Shown here piece after piece: positions 1 through 7,547 of a stretch of 64,000 nt of DNA. The stretch lies in NCBI GenBank assembly GCA_017414965.1, contig JAFQJL010000021.1, positions 13,886 through 77,885 on the forward strand. Direction: 5' to 3'. The position numbers and the translations under genes are program-made. Within the stretch, counting starts at the first letter, position 1. Each line of letters begins with the position of its first letter. This DNA comes from Clostridia bacterium. GTDB taxonomy: Bacteria > Bacillota > Clostridia > Oscillospirales > Acutalibacteraceae. The notes beneath the pieces are model-generated. The model had not been told where the DNA came from. It worked only from the letters and a program-made list of their open reading frames with translations, and did not search any database.

Positions 1-62
1 AGTGAACTACCGCCGTATTTCACGGCGTTTTTAGAAAACATCCGTTGAGAGGACCTACGCAC

Positions 63-1256
63 ATGAACTACCGCTTTTCCGAGGCAATGGCCGGCATCAG
101 CCCATCGGCCATCCGTGAGATCTTGAAATACTCCACCGATCCGGAGGTCGTGCCGTTTTCGGCCGGCAATCCGGCGCCGGAGGCGTTTCCGGTATCGCGC
201 ATTGCGGCGATCTCCGCCCGTATTTTTCAGGAAAACCCCATCACAGCCCTGCAATACGGCGCGACCGAAGGCTACCAGCCGCTGCGAGATTATTTGAAGC
301 AATATCTGAAAACCAAGCATGCCATCGGATTAGACGGCGATGACCTGATTATCACCTCCGGCGCCCAGCAAGTGATGGAGTTGGCCGCCAAGAGTCTGTG
401 CAACGCCGGCGACGTGATCATCACAGAGGACCCCAGCTTTATCGGCTCGCTCAACTCGTTCCGATCGCTTGGAGCGAAACTGGTCGGCGTGCCGGTGCAG
501 CCGGATGGAATGGATCTGGAAGCGCTGGAATCGGCGCTGAAAGCGCATCCGAATGCCAAGCTGATCTACACCATCCCGAATTTCCAAAACCCCACCGGCG
601 TGACGATGTCGTGGAAAAAACGGCAGGGGTTGTACGCGCTGGCCAAGCAGTACGGCGTGCTGATCGTGGAGGATAACCCGTACGGCGATCTCCGTTTCGC
701 CGGTGAGGAGATTCCGGCGATCAAAACGCTGGATACCGACGGTCTGGTGATCTATGCCGGCAGTTTTTCCAAGGTACTCGCACCCGGTATGCGTGTGGCG
801 TACGCTTGCGGTCCCGATCCGGTCATCCGCAAAATGACCGTTGCCAAGCAAGGGGAGGATGTCCACACCGGTCTGTGGCAGCAAATGGTGGCGTACGAAT
901 TTATGCAGGAAGGCTTTGAGGAGCACCTGCAATCCCTTCGTGCGATCTATCGCGGCAAAGCCGAACGGATGATGGCGCTGTGCGAGGAATATCTGGTGCC
1001 GCACGGCATTACCTATCTGCCGATCGAAGGCGGCCTGTTTTTGTGGGCGACGCTTCCGGAAGGCGCGGATATGCCGCGCTTTTGCACCGAGGCGGTGCGC
1101 GACCATAAAGTCGCGTTTGTTCCCGGCAGCGCGTTTCTCACCGATCCGACGGCGCCCTGTCAATCGTTCCGCCTGAATTTCTCCACGCCGACCGACGAGG
1201 CGATGCTTCGCGGTATGGAGAAGCTGGGCGCGTTTGCATCAAAATTTTTAAAATAA
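63..1256 (+). CDS. PLP-dependent aminotransferase, class I/II fold
   Basis: ORF 45..1256; ATG at 63 is the likely start. SFSKVLAPGMRVAY-type PLP-lysine motif and NPxG/DNPYG motifs typical of AspC/MocR-like aminotransferases. Confidence 0.75.
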   Translation: MNYRFSEAMAGISPSAIREILKYSTDPEVVPFSAGNPAPEAFPVSRIAAISARIFQENPITALQYGATEGYQPLRDYLKQYLKTKHAIGLDGDDLIITSGAQQVMELAAKSLCNAGDVIITEDPSFIGSLNSFRSLGAKLVGVPVQPDGMDLEALESALKAHPNAKLIYTIPNFQNPTGVTMSWKKRQGLYALAKQYGVLIVEDNPYGDLRFAGEEIPAIKTLDTDGLVIYAGSFSKVLAPGMRVAYACGPDPVIRKMTVAKQGEDVHTGLWQQMVAYEFMQEGFEEHLQSLRAIYRGKAERMMALCEEYLVPHGITYLPIEGGLFLWATLPEGADMPRFCTEAVRDHKVAFVPGSAFLTDPTAPCQSFRLNFSTPTDEAMLRGMEKLGAFASKFLK

Positions 1257-1267
1257 TTTCCGAAAGG

Positions 1268-2293
1268 ATGTTTCGTAATATGTCTGAAACCGTCACTCCC
1301 GAGCGCAAGAAACGCGCTCTCAGTATGATCCAGCCCTCCGGCATTCCGACGCTGGGCAACTACCTCGGCGCACTTCGCAACTGGGTGGATCTGCAAGACG
1401 AGCTGGATTGCTTCTTTGCGGTTGCCGATCTGCACGCGATCACCGTCCGACAGGAGCCGGCCAAACTCCGCCAGCAGATCTACCAAACCTTTGCACTGTT
1501 GCTGGCGATCGGATTGGATCCGAAAAAGAGTTTGGTGTTTGTGCAGTCGCAGGTGGCAGCGCACGCAGAACTGGCGTGGTTACTCGCGTGTAATACGCAG
1601 TTCGGCGAGCTGTCGCGTATGACGCAGTTTAAGGATAAATCCGCCAAGCATGCGGATAACATCAACCTCGGTCTGTTCGCGTATCCGACGCTGATGGCGG
1701 CCGATATTCTGCTGTATCAGCCGGAGTTTGTGCCGGTCGGCGCCGACCAGAAGCAGCATTGCGAGCTGGCGCGCGATCTCGCAATGCGCTTTAATAATAC
1801 TTACGGCAACACGTTTGTGATGCCGGAGCCGTATATTATGAAGACCGGCGCGCGTGTGCGTTCGTTGCAGGAACCGACTAAGAAGATGTCCAAATCGGAT
1901 GAAAACCAGAACGCGTTTATTTCGATGCTGGACGATAAGGATACCATCATCCGTAAGTTCAAGCGCGCCGTGACCGACAGCGAAGCCTGTGTGCGCTATG
2001 CGGACGGCAAGGACGGCATTAACAACCTGATGGAGATTTACAGCGCCGTAACCGGAAAATCGCTTCCGGAGATTGAGCAGGAATTTGCCGGTCGCGGATA
2101 CGGCGATTTCAAGCTGGCGGTGGGAGAAGCGGTGGCTGAAACGCTGCTGCCCATCCAGACCAAACTGACCGAACTGATGGGCGATAAGGCTCAGCTGGAG
2201 GCGCTGATGAAGGAGAGCGCCGGTCACGCCGCCTACGTGGCGTCGCGGACGCTTTCCAAGGCACGCAAACGCTTGGGTTATATCAATCTGTAA
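1268..2293 (+). CDS. trpS: tryptophan--tRNA ligase
   Basis: Class I aaRS pattern (IQPSGxxTLGNYLGA, KMSKS as KKMSKSD); length 341 aa is typical of TrpRS. Alternative start at 1280. Confidence 0.9.
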   Translation: MFRNMSETVTPERKKRALSMIQPSGIPTLGNYLGALRNWVDLQDELDCFFAVADLHAITVRQEPAKLRQQIYQTFALLLAIGLDPKKSLVFVQSQVAAHAELAWLLACNTQFGELSRMTQFKDKSAKHADNINLGLFAYPTLMAADILLYQPEFVPVGADQKQHCELARDLAMRFNNTYGNTFVMPEPYIMKTGARVRSLQEPTKKMSKSDENQNAFISMLDDKDTIIRKFKRAVTDSEACVRYADGKDGINNLMEIYSAVTGKSLPEIEQEFAGRGYGDFKLAVGEAVAETLLPIQTKLTELMGDKAQLEALMKESAGHAAYVASRTLSKARKRLGYINL

Positions 2294-2296
2294 GAG

Positions 2297-2329
2297 AAAG
2301 GCAGGGGAACCTGCCTTTCTTCTTTTTTT
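2297..2329 (+). terminator. rho-independent terminator after trpS
   Basis: AAAGGCAGG-GGAA-CCTGCCTTT hairpin followed by a T-run. Confidence 0.8.
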
Positions 2330-2441
2330 AGCCAAAACAGCCGTTTTCCGACAACGGCAACCGACAACCCCCGACACAACAGAACCGCTATCCTTGTAGA
2401 AGGATAGCGGTTCTTGTGTTTTATAGAAAGGAAGGAATGAA

Positions 2442-2777
2442 ATGGAAATCAAATCGTGGTTGGAGGACGATACGCTGACCGTTTGTATCACCGGCGAGAT
2501 TGACCACCACTCCGCTGCGGGATGGCGGACAAGCATTGATCGCGAAGCGGTCTGTGCGCATCCGGCCGTGCTGGTGATGGATTTTTCCGGCGTCACGTTT
2601 ATGGATAGCTCCGGCATCGGCTTGGTGATGGGTCGGTATCGGTTGGTGCGCTCGTGGGAGGGAGAACTGCTTTTGACAGGGCTTTCCGATCGCTTACGCA
2701 AAATGATGACTCTGGCCGGTCTGGACCGGCTTCCCGTATGGGGAAAGAAAGGAGAAAAGAAGTATGAAACCTGTTAA
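2442..2777 (+). CDS. spoIIAA: anti-sigma-F factor antagonist (STAS domain)
   Basis: 111-aa STAS protein (FMDSSGIGLV motif), first gene of a 3-gene overlapping operon with spoIIAB and sigF. Confidence 0.85.
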   Translation: MEIKSWLEDDTLTVCITGEIDHHSAAGWRTSIDREAVCAHPAVLVMDFSGVTFMDSSGIGLVMGRYRLVRSWEGELLLTGLSDRLRKMMTLAGLDRLPVWGKKGEKKYETC

Positions 2778-3207
2778 TGAGATGCGTGTGCAGTTTCCCA
2801 GCCGGTCGATCAACGAGCGACTGGCGCGGAGCGTGGTGTCGTCGTTTGCGGCAGGGCTGGATCCCACGCTGGACGAATTGGCGGATCTGCGCCCCGCGGT
2901 ATCCGAGGCGGTCACCAATTGCATTGTGCACGCCTATCCGGATTGTATTGGTAAGATCGGCTTGCAGATGCGGATGTACGCAAACGGTCGCCTGTCGGTC
3001 AAGATCAGCGACTGGGGTGTGGGCATTCCGGACGTACAGCAGGCGATGACGCCGCTGTACACCACCGGCGGCGAGGATCGTGCCGGTCTGGGATTTTCGG
3101 TGATGGAGAGCTTCTGCGATAAGGTGCGCGTGCGCTCGAAAGCCGGCAGCGGCACCGTGGTCACGCTGGATAAGTACATACGCTCGCGTGTCACGGAGGA
3201 GGTATGA
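2764..3207 (+). CDS. spoIIAB: anti-sigma-F factor, serine kinase
   Basis: 147-aa HATPase_c-type protein (SEAVTNCIVHAY, GLGF motifs). Overlaps both neighbours. Confidence 0.85.
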   Translation: MKPVNEMRVQFPSRSINERLARSVVSSFAAGLDPTLDELADLRPAVSEAVTNCIVHAYPDCIGKIGLQMRMYANGRLSVKISDWGVGIPDVQQAMTPLYTTGGEDRAGLGFSVMESFCDKVRVRSKAGSGTVVTLDKYIRSRVTEEV

Positions 3208-3869
3208 CGGTACTGGAACGCAATCGGCGTGTAGAGGAGAATATGGGGCTGGTGCACACCTGCGCCAAGCGTTTTGTCGGGCGCGGGATCGAATACGACG
3301 ATCTCTGTCAGGCGGGTAGCATCGGACTCATCAAAGCGGTAGAAGGTTTTGATGAGGAGCGAGGCCTGTGCTTTTCCACTTACGCCGTGCCGGTCATATT
3401 GGGGGAGATGCGGCGTCTGTTCCGCGACGGTGGAACGGTCAAGGTCAGCCGCACACTGAAAGATCTCTCGATGCGCGCGAATCGCGTTTCCGCGCAATTT
3501 GCGGCGGAAAACGATCGCGAGCCCACCGTCACCGAGCTGGCGGCGCTTTTGGAGGTCGAGCCGGAACTGCTCGCCGAAGCGCTGGGAGCATCCTTGCCGC
3601 CGCTGTCGCTGACGTTTGCGTCAGGCGACGACGAGGGAGAGGAGTGGGACTTGCCGGTCGCGGCACCGGACACGGCGCTGATCGACCGATTGGCGCTCAA
3701 GCAGGTGCTCGACAGCTTGCAGGAACGCGATCGCACGCTGATTATGATGCGGTATATGGGCGGACGTACGCAACAGAGTACCGCCGAAACGCTCGGAATG
3801 ACACAGGTGCAGGTATCGCGACGGGAGCGAGTGATTTTGGCGGAACTCCGCAAAAAATTGACCGGATAA
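3204..3869 (+). CDS. sigF: RNA polymerase sporulation sigma factor F
   Basis: Sigma-70 regions 2-4 (DLCQAGSIGLIKAVEGFD, YAVPVILGEMRR, C-terminal HTH). Operon context with spoIIAA and spoIIAB. Confidence 0.85.
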   Translation: MTVLERNRRVEENMGLVHTCAKRFVGRGIEYDDLCQAGSIGLIKAVEGFDEERGLCFSTYAVPVILGEMRRLFRDGGTVKVSRTLKDLSMRANRVSAQFAAENDREPTVTELAALLEVEPELLAEALGASLPPLSLTFASGDDEGEEWDLPVAAPDTALIDRLALKQVLDSLQERDRTLIMMRYMGGRTQQSTAETLGMTQVQVSRRERVILAELRKKLTG

Positions 3870-3897
3870 AATAAGCGAAAAAATTTCGGAAAAACCC

Positions 3898-3926
3898 TTG
3901 ACAATTCCGCCCAAACCCAGTATAAT
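3898..3926 (+). promoter_or_regulatory. sigma-A type promoter upstream of tRNA-Leu
   Basis: TTGACA (3898-3903), 17-nt spacer, TATAAT (3921-3926). Confidence 0.7.
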
Positions 3927-3952
3927 GACTACTGTTGCCGCCAGTTATATAT

Positions 3953-4039
3953 GCGGGTGTGGCGGAATTGGCAGACGCGTTAGATTCAGGTTCTAATGGT
4001 CGCAAGGCTGTGCAGGTTCAAGTCCTGTCACCCGCACCA
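3953..4039 (+). tRNA. tRNA-Leu (anticodon CAG)
   Basis: Hand-folded cloverleaf: acceptor GCGGGTG/CACCCGC, anticodon loop TTCAGGT, long variable arm, TTCAAGT T-loop, encoded CCA. Confidence 0.9.
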
Positions 4040-4041
4040 AA

Positions 4042-4083
4042 AAAGAAGTAACTTTTGTCTACCAAAAGTTACTTCTTTTTTTT
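4042..4083 (+). terminator. rho-independent terminator after tRNA-Leu
   Basis: AGAAGTAACTTTTG...CAAAAGTTACTTCT hairpin followed by T8. Confidence 0.85.
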
Positions 4084-4085
4084 AT

Positions 4086-4268
4086 CCAAGCCGCAGGCTT
4101 GGCATATCATCAGCCCCAACGGGGCTGTATATCATCCATCGCTTTGCGATGGTATATCATCACGGCATAGCCGTGCGTAAACCCTCCTGCGGCTTGATGA
4201 GATACAATGCTTCGCATTGATGATATACCGCAGACAAGTTGCGGATGATATACAAGGCTTCGCCTTGA
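4086..4268. repeat. array of 7 short GC-rich hairpins alternating with 6 copies of GTATATCATC; motif orientation flips at the centre
   Basis: Motif copies at 4103-4111, 4127-4136 and 4152-4161 (forward), and 4196-4205, 4219-4228 and 4244-4253 (reverse complement GATGATATAC). Hairpins such as CCAAGCC-GCA-GGCTTGG, AGCCCC-AAC-GGGGCT, CATCGC-TTT-GCGATG and AAGGC-TTC-GCCTT lie between them. Confidence 0.8.
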
Positions 4269-4350
4269 TTAAAAACCCAGTATTTATGCGGGTTTCCGCC
4301 TGATTACTATAACGCTACTCCGACCATTGAATGTTTATTTCAAAAATTTG

Positions 4351-4379
4351 TTGACATTTCAAAAGCCTTGCGCTATAAT
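4351..4379 (+). promoter_or_regulatory. consensus sigma-A promoter of the T-box/ABC transporter operon
   Basis: TTGACA (4351-4356), 17-nt spacer, TATAAT (4374-4379). Confidence 0.75.
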
Positions 4380-4401
4380 GAGCACATAAATCTTTTCCAA
4401 A

Positions 4402-4672
4402 AGCGTTTGAGCGGAAATCAGTACCCGTTTGTCGCTATTTAAGAGAGCTGCTGGCTGGTGTGAAGCAGTATGGCAAAAACGGCGAATTCCTTCCGCAAGC
4501 TGTATACTGAAGGCTAGTCGGCTGAGTAGGTTGTCCGGGTTCGACCGTTACATCGAGGCGGGTGTGTTTGCACCTTATGAGGCTCTTTTTGTGAAAAAAG
4601 GGCGAAGCAGAGTGGTACCACGGTCATTGACTGTCCCTGTTTATTCCTTCGGGAATGAACAGGGATTTTTTA
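4402..4672 (+). promoter_or_regulatory. T-box riboswitch leader; candidate specifier TTC (Phe)
   Basis: AGTA (4420-4423) and GAA (4484-4486) S-turn halves; AGAGAG bulge (4442-4447); distal loop TGGCTGGTGTGAA; T-box sequence AGAGTGGTACCACGG (about 4609-4623); terminator CCCTGTTTATTCC-TTCG-GGAATGAACAGGG plus T-run (4635-4672). Confidence 0.75.
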
Positions 4673-4731
4673 TTTTGGTTTTTACGGCCCTTGCGACCGT
4701 ATAAATAAAAATACGCAAAGGGGATATTATC

Positions 4732-5664
4732 ATGAAAAAAGTACTTTCTCTTGTTTTGGCGCTGACTTTGTGCGTGGGGCTGTGCCTCTCGCTGACCGGC
4801 TGCGGAAAAACGGCGGATTTCACGGTTGGCATCTGTCAGCTGATGGAGCACGAGTCGCTGGATAAGGCCACGCAGGGCTTTACCGACGCGCTGACCGCTG
4901 AGCTCGAAAAAGCGGGCAAGACCGTAGAGTTTGACACGCAGGTGGCCGGTGAGCCGAATCTGTGCTCCACCGTTGTCAACACGTTGACGGCCAAGAATGT
5001 GGATCTGCTGATGGCCAACGCCACGCCGGCGTTGCTGGCTGCCGCTAACGCGACCACCAACAGCCAGATTCCGGTTTTGGGTACCTCTGTGACCGATTAC
5101 AACGACACCTTCGCCGGCAACATTCCGGCAAACGTCAGCGGCACCTCGGATGCTGTGCCGTTCGACGAGCAGGCCAAGATGATGATCCAGTCGCTGGGTC
5201 TGGTTAAGGGTGATCAGGTGGGCGTTCTCTACTGCTCCAACGAATCCAACTCGGTGATCCAGTACAACGCCGTCAAAGCGCTGTTCGAAGCCGAGGGCAT
5301 CGTTGTCAAGGCCTACACCTTCTCCGATACCACCGAACTGCAGGGCCTTGTGACCACGGCTGCGACCGAGAGCAAGGCAATCTACGTGCCGTCCGACAAC
5401 ACCGTTGCCGATAACGACAGCGTGGTAGGCACGATCTGCAACGAGAAGAAGGTGCCGGTCTACACCAGCTACGGCGGCGCGATCTGCTACGCCAGCTTGG
5501 CGATCGACTACTACGAACTCGGTCAGGAGACCGGTAAAATGGCGGCGGAGATCCTTTTGGGTAACAAGAAACCCGCCGACATCGAGATCAAGACGCTGAC
5601 GCCGTCGGTGAGCTATAACAACGATCTCTGCGCCCAACTGGGCATCACGGTTCCCGAAAACTAA
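4732..5664 (+). CDS. ABC transporter substrate-binding lipoprotein (COG2984/BMP-like family)
   Basis: Lipobox LSLTGC after the signal peptide. Family resemblance and operon with a permease and ATPase. Confidence 0.75.
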   Translation: MKKVLSLVLALTLCVGLCLSLTGCGKTADFTVGICQLMEHESLDKATQGFTDALTAELEKAGKTVEFDTQVAGEPNLCSTVVNTLTAKNVDLLMANATPALLAAANATTNSQIPVLGTSVTDYNDTFAGNIPANVSGTSDAVPFDEQAKMMIQSLGLVKGDQVGVLYCSNESNSVIQYNAVKALFEAEGIVVKAYTFSDTTELQGLVTTAATESKAIYVPSDNTVADNDSVVGTICNEKKVPVYTSYGGAICYASLAIDYYELGQETGKMAAEILLGNKKPADIEIKTLTPSVSYNNDLCAQLGITVPEN

Positions 5665-5679
5665 TTGACGAGGTAAACC

Positions 5680-6606
5680 ATGGCTTTTCTTAACGCTTTA
5701 CCCGGCGCGATTGCCGAGGGGCTCATTTGGGGCTTGATGGCAATCGGTGTGTACATATCCTATAAAATACTGGATATTGCCGACTTGACGGTCGACGGCT
5801 CCATTTGCACCGGCGCTTGTGTTTGTGCGGTGCTCATCGGCGCCGGATGTCCGGTTATTCCGGCGGTGATCGCTGCCTTTTTGGCGGGCGTTATCACCGG
5901 CATTGTTACCGGATTGTTTCATACTGCCTTGGGCATTCCGGCCATTCTGGCGGGTATTTTGACACAGCTGATTCTGTACTCGGTCAATCTGACCATTTTG
6001 GGCAGCAAAAGCTTAGCGACGATCGATCCGCGTACCAACCACTTGCTTTTGAATATGAGCGACAATCCGATGGCGATCGTGGTGATGGTTGTCATTATTG
6101 CGGCGGTGATTGTGGGTCTGTGGCTGTTTTTCTACACCGAGATCGGCTTAACGCTCAAATCCACGGGTGATAACCCCGATATGAGCCGTGCGCAAGGTGT
6201 CAACGTCAAGCTGAACAAGGTGGTTGGTTTGGCGATTTCCAACGGCATTGTGGCGCTCGCCGGTGCTTTGCTGGCGCAGTATAAAGGCTCGGCCAACATC
6301 AACGACGGTCGCGGCGCGATCGTCATCGGTCTGGCGGCGATTTTCATCGGCCTGTCGGTCTCGTTGAAGATCAAACCCAACTTCGTGGTGAGCTTGATCG
6401 GCGTCGTGGGCGGCGGTGTGATCTATTATATCGTCTATAACTTTGTGATTTTGCTGGGCTTGAAAACCGATTTTCTCAAAATGCTTTCGGCGGTCATCGT
6501 GGCGATCTTCTTGGCGGTGCCGTACTTAAAAACGGCGTATTTTACCAGCCAAAAAGAAGTGCCGCCGATGATTGACGAGCCGATGGGAGGTGACGCCGAT
6601 GCTTAA
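5680..6606 (+). CDS. ABC transporter permease (COG4120-like)
   Basis: 308-aa polytopic hydrophobic protein between the SBP and ATPase genes. Confidence 0.75.
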   Translation: MAFLNALPGAIAEGLIWGLMAIGVYISYKILDIADLTVDGSICTGACVCAVLIGAGCPVIPAVIAAFLAGVITGIVTGLFHTALGIPAILAGILTQLILYSVNLTILGSKSLATIDPRTNHLLLNMSDNPMAIVVMVVIIAAVIVGLWLFFYTEIGLTLKSTGDNPDMSRAQGVNVKLNKVVGLAISNGIVALAGALLAQYKGSANINDGRGAIVIGLAAIFIGLSVSLKIKPNFVVSLIGVVGGGVIYYIVYNFVILLGLKTDFLKMLSAVIVAIFLAVPYLKTAYFTSQKEVPPMIDEPMGGDADA

Positions 6607-7396
6607 GATCACCAACCTGCAAAAAACCTTTAACCCCGGTACTGTCAATGCCAAAACGGCGCTCCGAGGGTTGAATTTGGAACTGCAAGACGGCGATTTT
6701 GTTACGGTGATCGGTGGCAACGGTGCGGGCAAATCCACGCTTCTCAACGCCATTGCCGGTGTGTGGAAGCCGGACTACGGCACCATCGAACTGGATGGCA
6801 TCGACGTGACGAATTTGCCCGAGCACAAGCGAGCGAAGTTCTTGGGACGCGTATTCCAAGATCCGATGAAGGGAACGGCGCCGGATATGGAGATTGCCGA
6901 AAATCTGGCGATCGCCTCCAAGCGCGGTATCAAGCGGCGGTTCAAGTGGGGCGTCAAGAAATCGGATCGCGTTCAGTACAAAGAACTGCTTTCCACGCTG
7001 GAATTGGGGCTGGAATCGCGTCTGTCCACAAAGGTGGGACTCCTTTCGGGCGGTCAGCGACAGGCGGTAACGCTGCTGATGGCTACGCTGAATCGTCCGA
7101 AACTGCTGTTGCTCGACGAGCATACGGCGGCGCTGGATCCCAAAACGGCGTCTAAAGTGCTGTATCTGACCAATAAGATCGTGTCGGAAAACAACCTGAC
7201 CACGTTGATGATCACGCACAACATGCACGATGCCATTCAATACGGCAATCGTCTGATTATGATGCACGAGGGTCAAATTGTGGTAGACGTCTGTGGGGAA
7301 GAGAAGCAAAAGCTGACGATCGAGCAGCTGCTTCAGTTGTTCGAAGCTTCCAGCGGCAGCAAATTTGGCAGCGATAAGGCCATTCTATCCAAATAA
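6599..7396 (+). CDS. ABC transporter ATP-binding protein (COG1101-like)
   Basis: Walker A GGNGAGKST, signature LSGGQRQ, Walker B LLLLDEHT. ATG at 6599 overlaps the permease stop. Confidence 0.85.
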   Translation: MLKITNLQKTFNPGTVNAKTALRGLNLELQDGDFVTVIGGNGAGKSTLLNAIAGVWKPDYGTIELDGIDVTNLPEHKRAKFLGRVFQDPMKGTAPDMEIAENLAIASKRGIKRRFKWGVKKSDRVQYKELLSTLELGLESRLSTKVGLLSGGQRQAVTLLMATLNRPKLLLLDEHTAALDPKTASKVLYLTNKIVSENNLTTLMITHNMHDAIQYGNRLIMMHEGQIVVDVCGEEKQKLTIEQLLQLFEASSGSKFGSDKAILSK

Positions 7397-7430
7397 AAAA
7401 GAGGGCGATCTCGCCCTCTTTTTTATTTTA
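7397..7430 (+). terminator. rho-independent terminator
   Basis: GAGGGCGA-TC-TCGCCCTC hairpin plus T-run. Confidence 0.8.
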
Positions 7431-7547
7431 GTCAGGGGGAATTGCTTAAAAAGCAACGCGTTTGTGCAGGAGAAAGTGATTTCCTCTTGAAAAGGCGATT
7501 TTCCCTTGTTATAATGAGGGAAAGAACGATGCAGAGGAAGTGTGGAA

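Noticed and set aside
330-1163. Long antisense ORFs opposite well-supported genes. Examples: 330..1163(-), 1580..2701(-), 4624..5637(-), 6542..7309(-), 8466..9368(-), 10305..11435(-), 15000..15986(+), 18665..19894(+), 47596..49692(-), 55697..56701(-).
   Set aside because: Their translations are Arg/His/Gly/Val-rich and low-complexity, and they lack RBS or motif support. Each lies opposite a gene with clear family motifs. This is the typical shadow-ORF pattern of high-GC DNA.
3996-4220. 74-aa ORF overlapping the tRNA-Leu 3' end, its terminator and the hairpin array.
   Set aside because: It starts inside a tRNA and reads through a terminator and repeat units, so it is an artefact of the repeats.
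4732-7396. Annotating the T-box-controlled ABC transporter as the tryptophan transporter TrpXYZ by family analogy and proximity to trpS.
   Set aside because: The specifier region shows TTC, not TGG, and the UGGU acceptor-pairing tetrad predicts an A73 tRNA. Substrate is therefore left as probable Phe/aromatic pending a covariance-model alignment.
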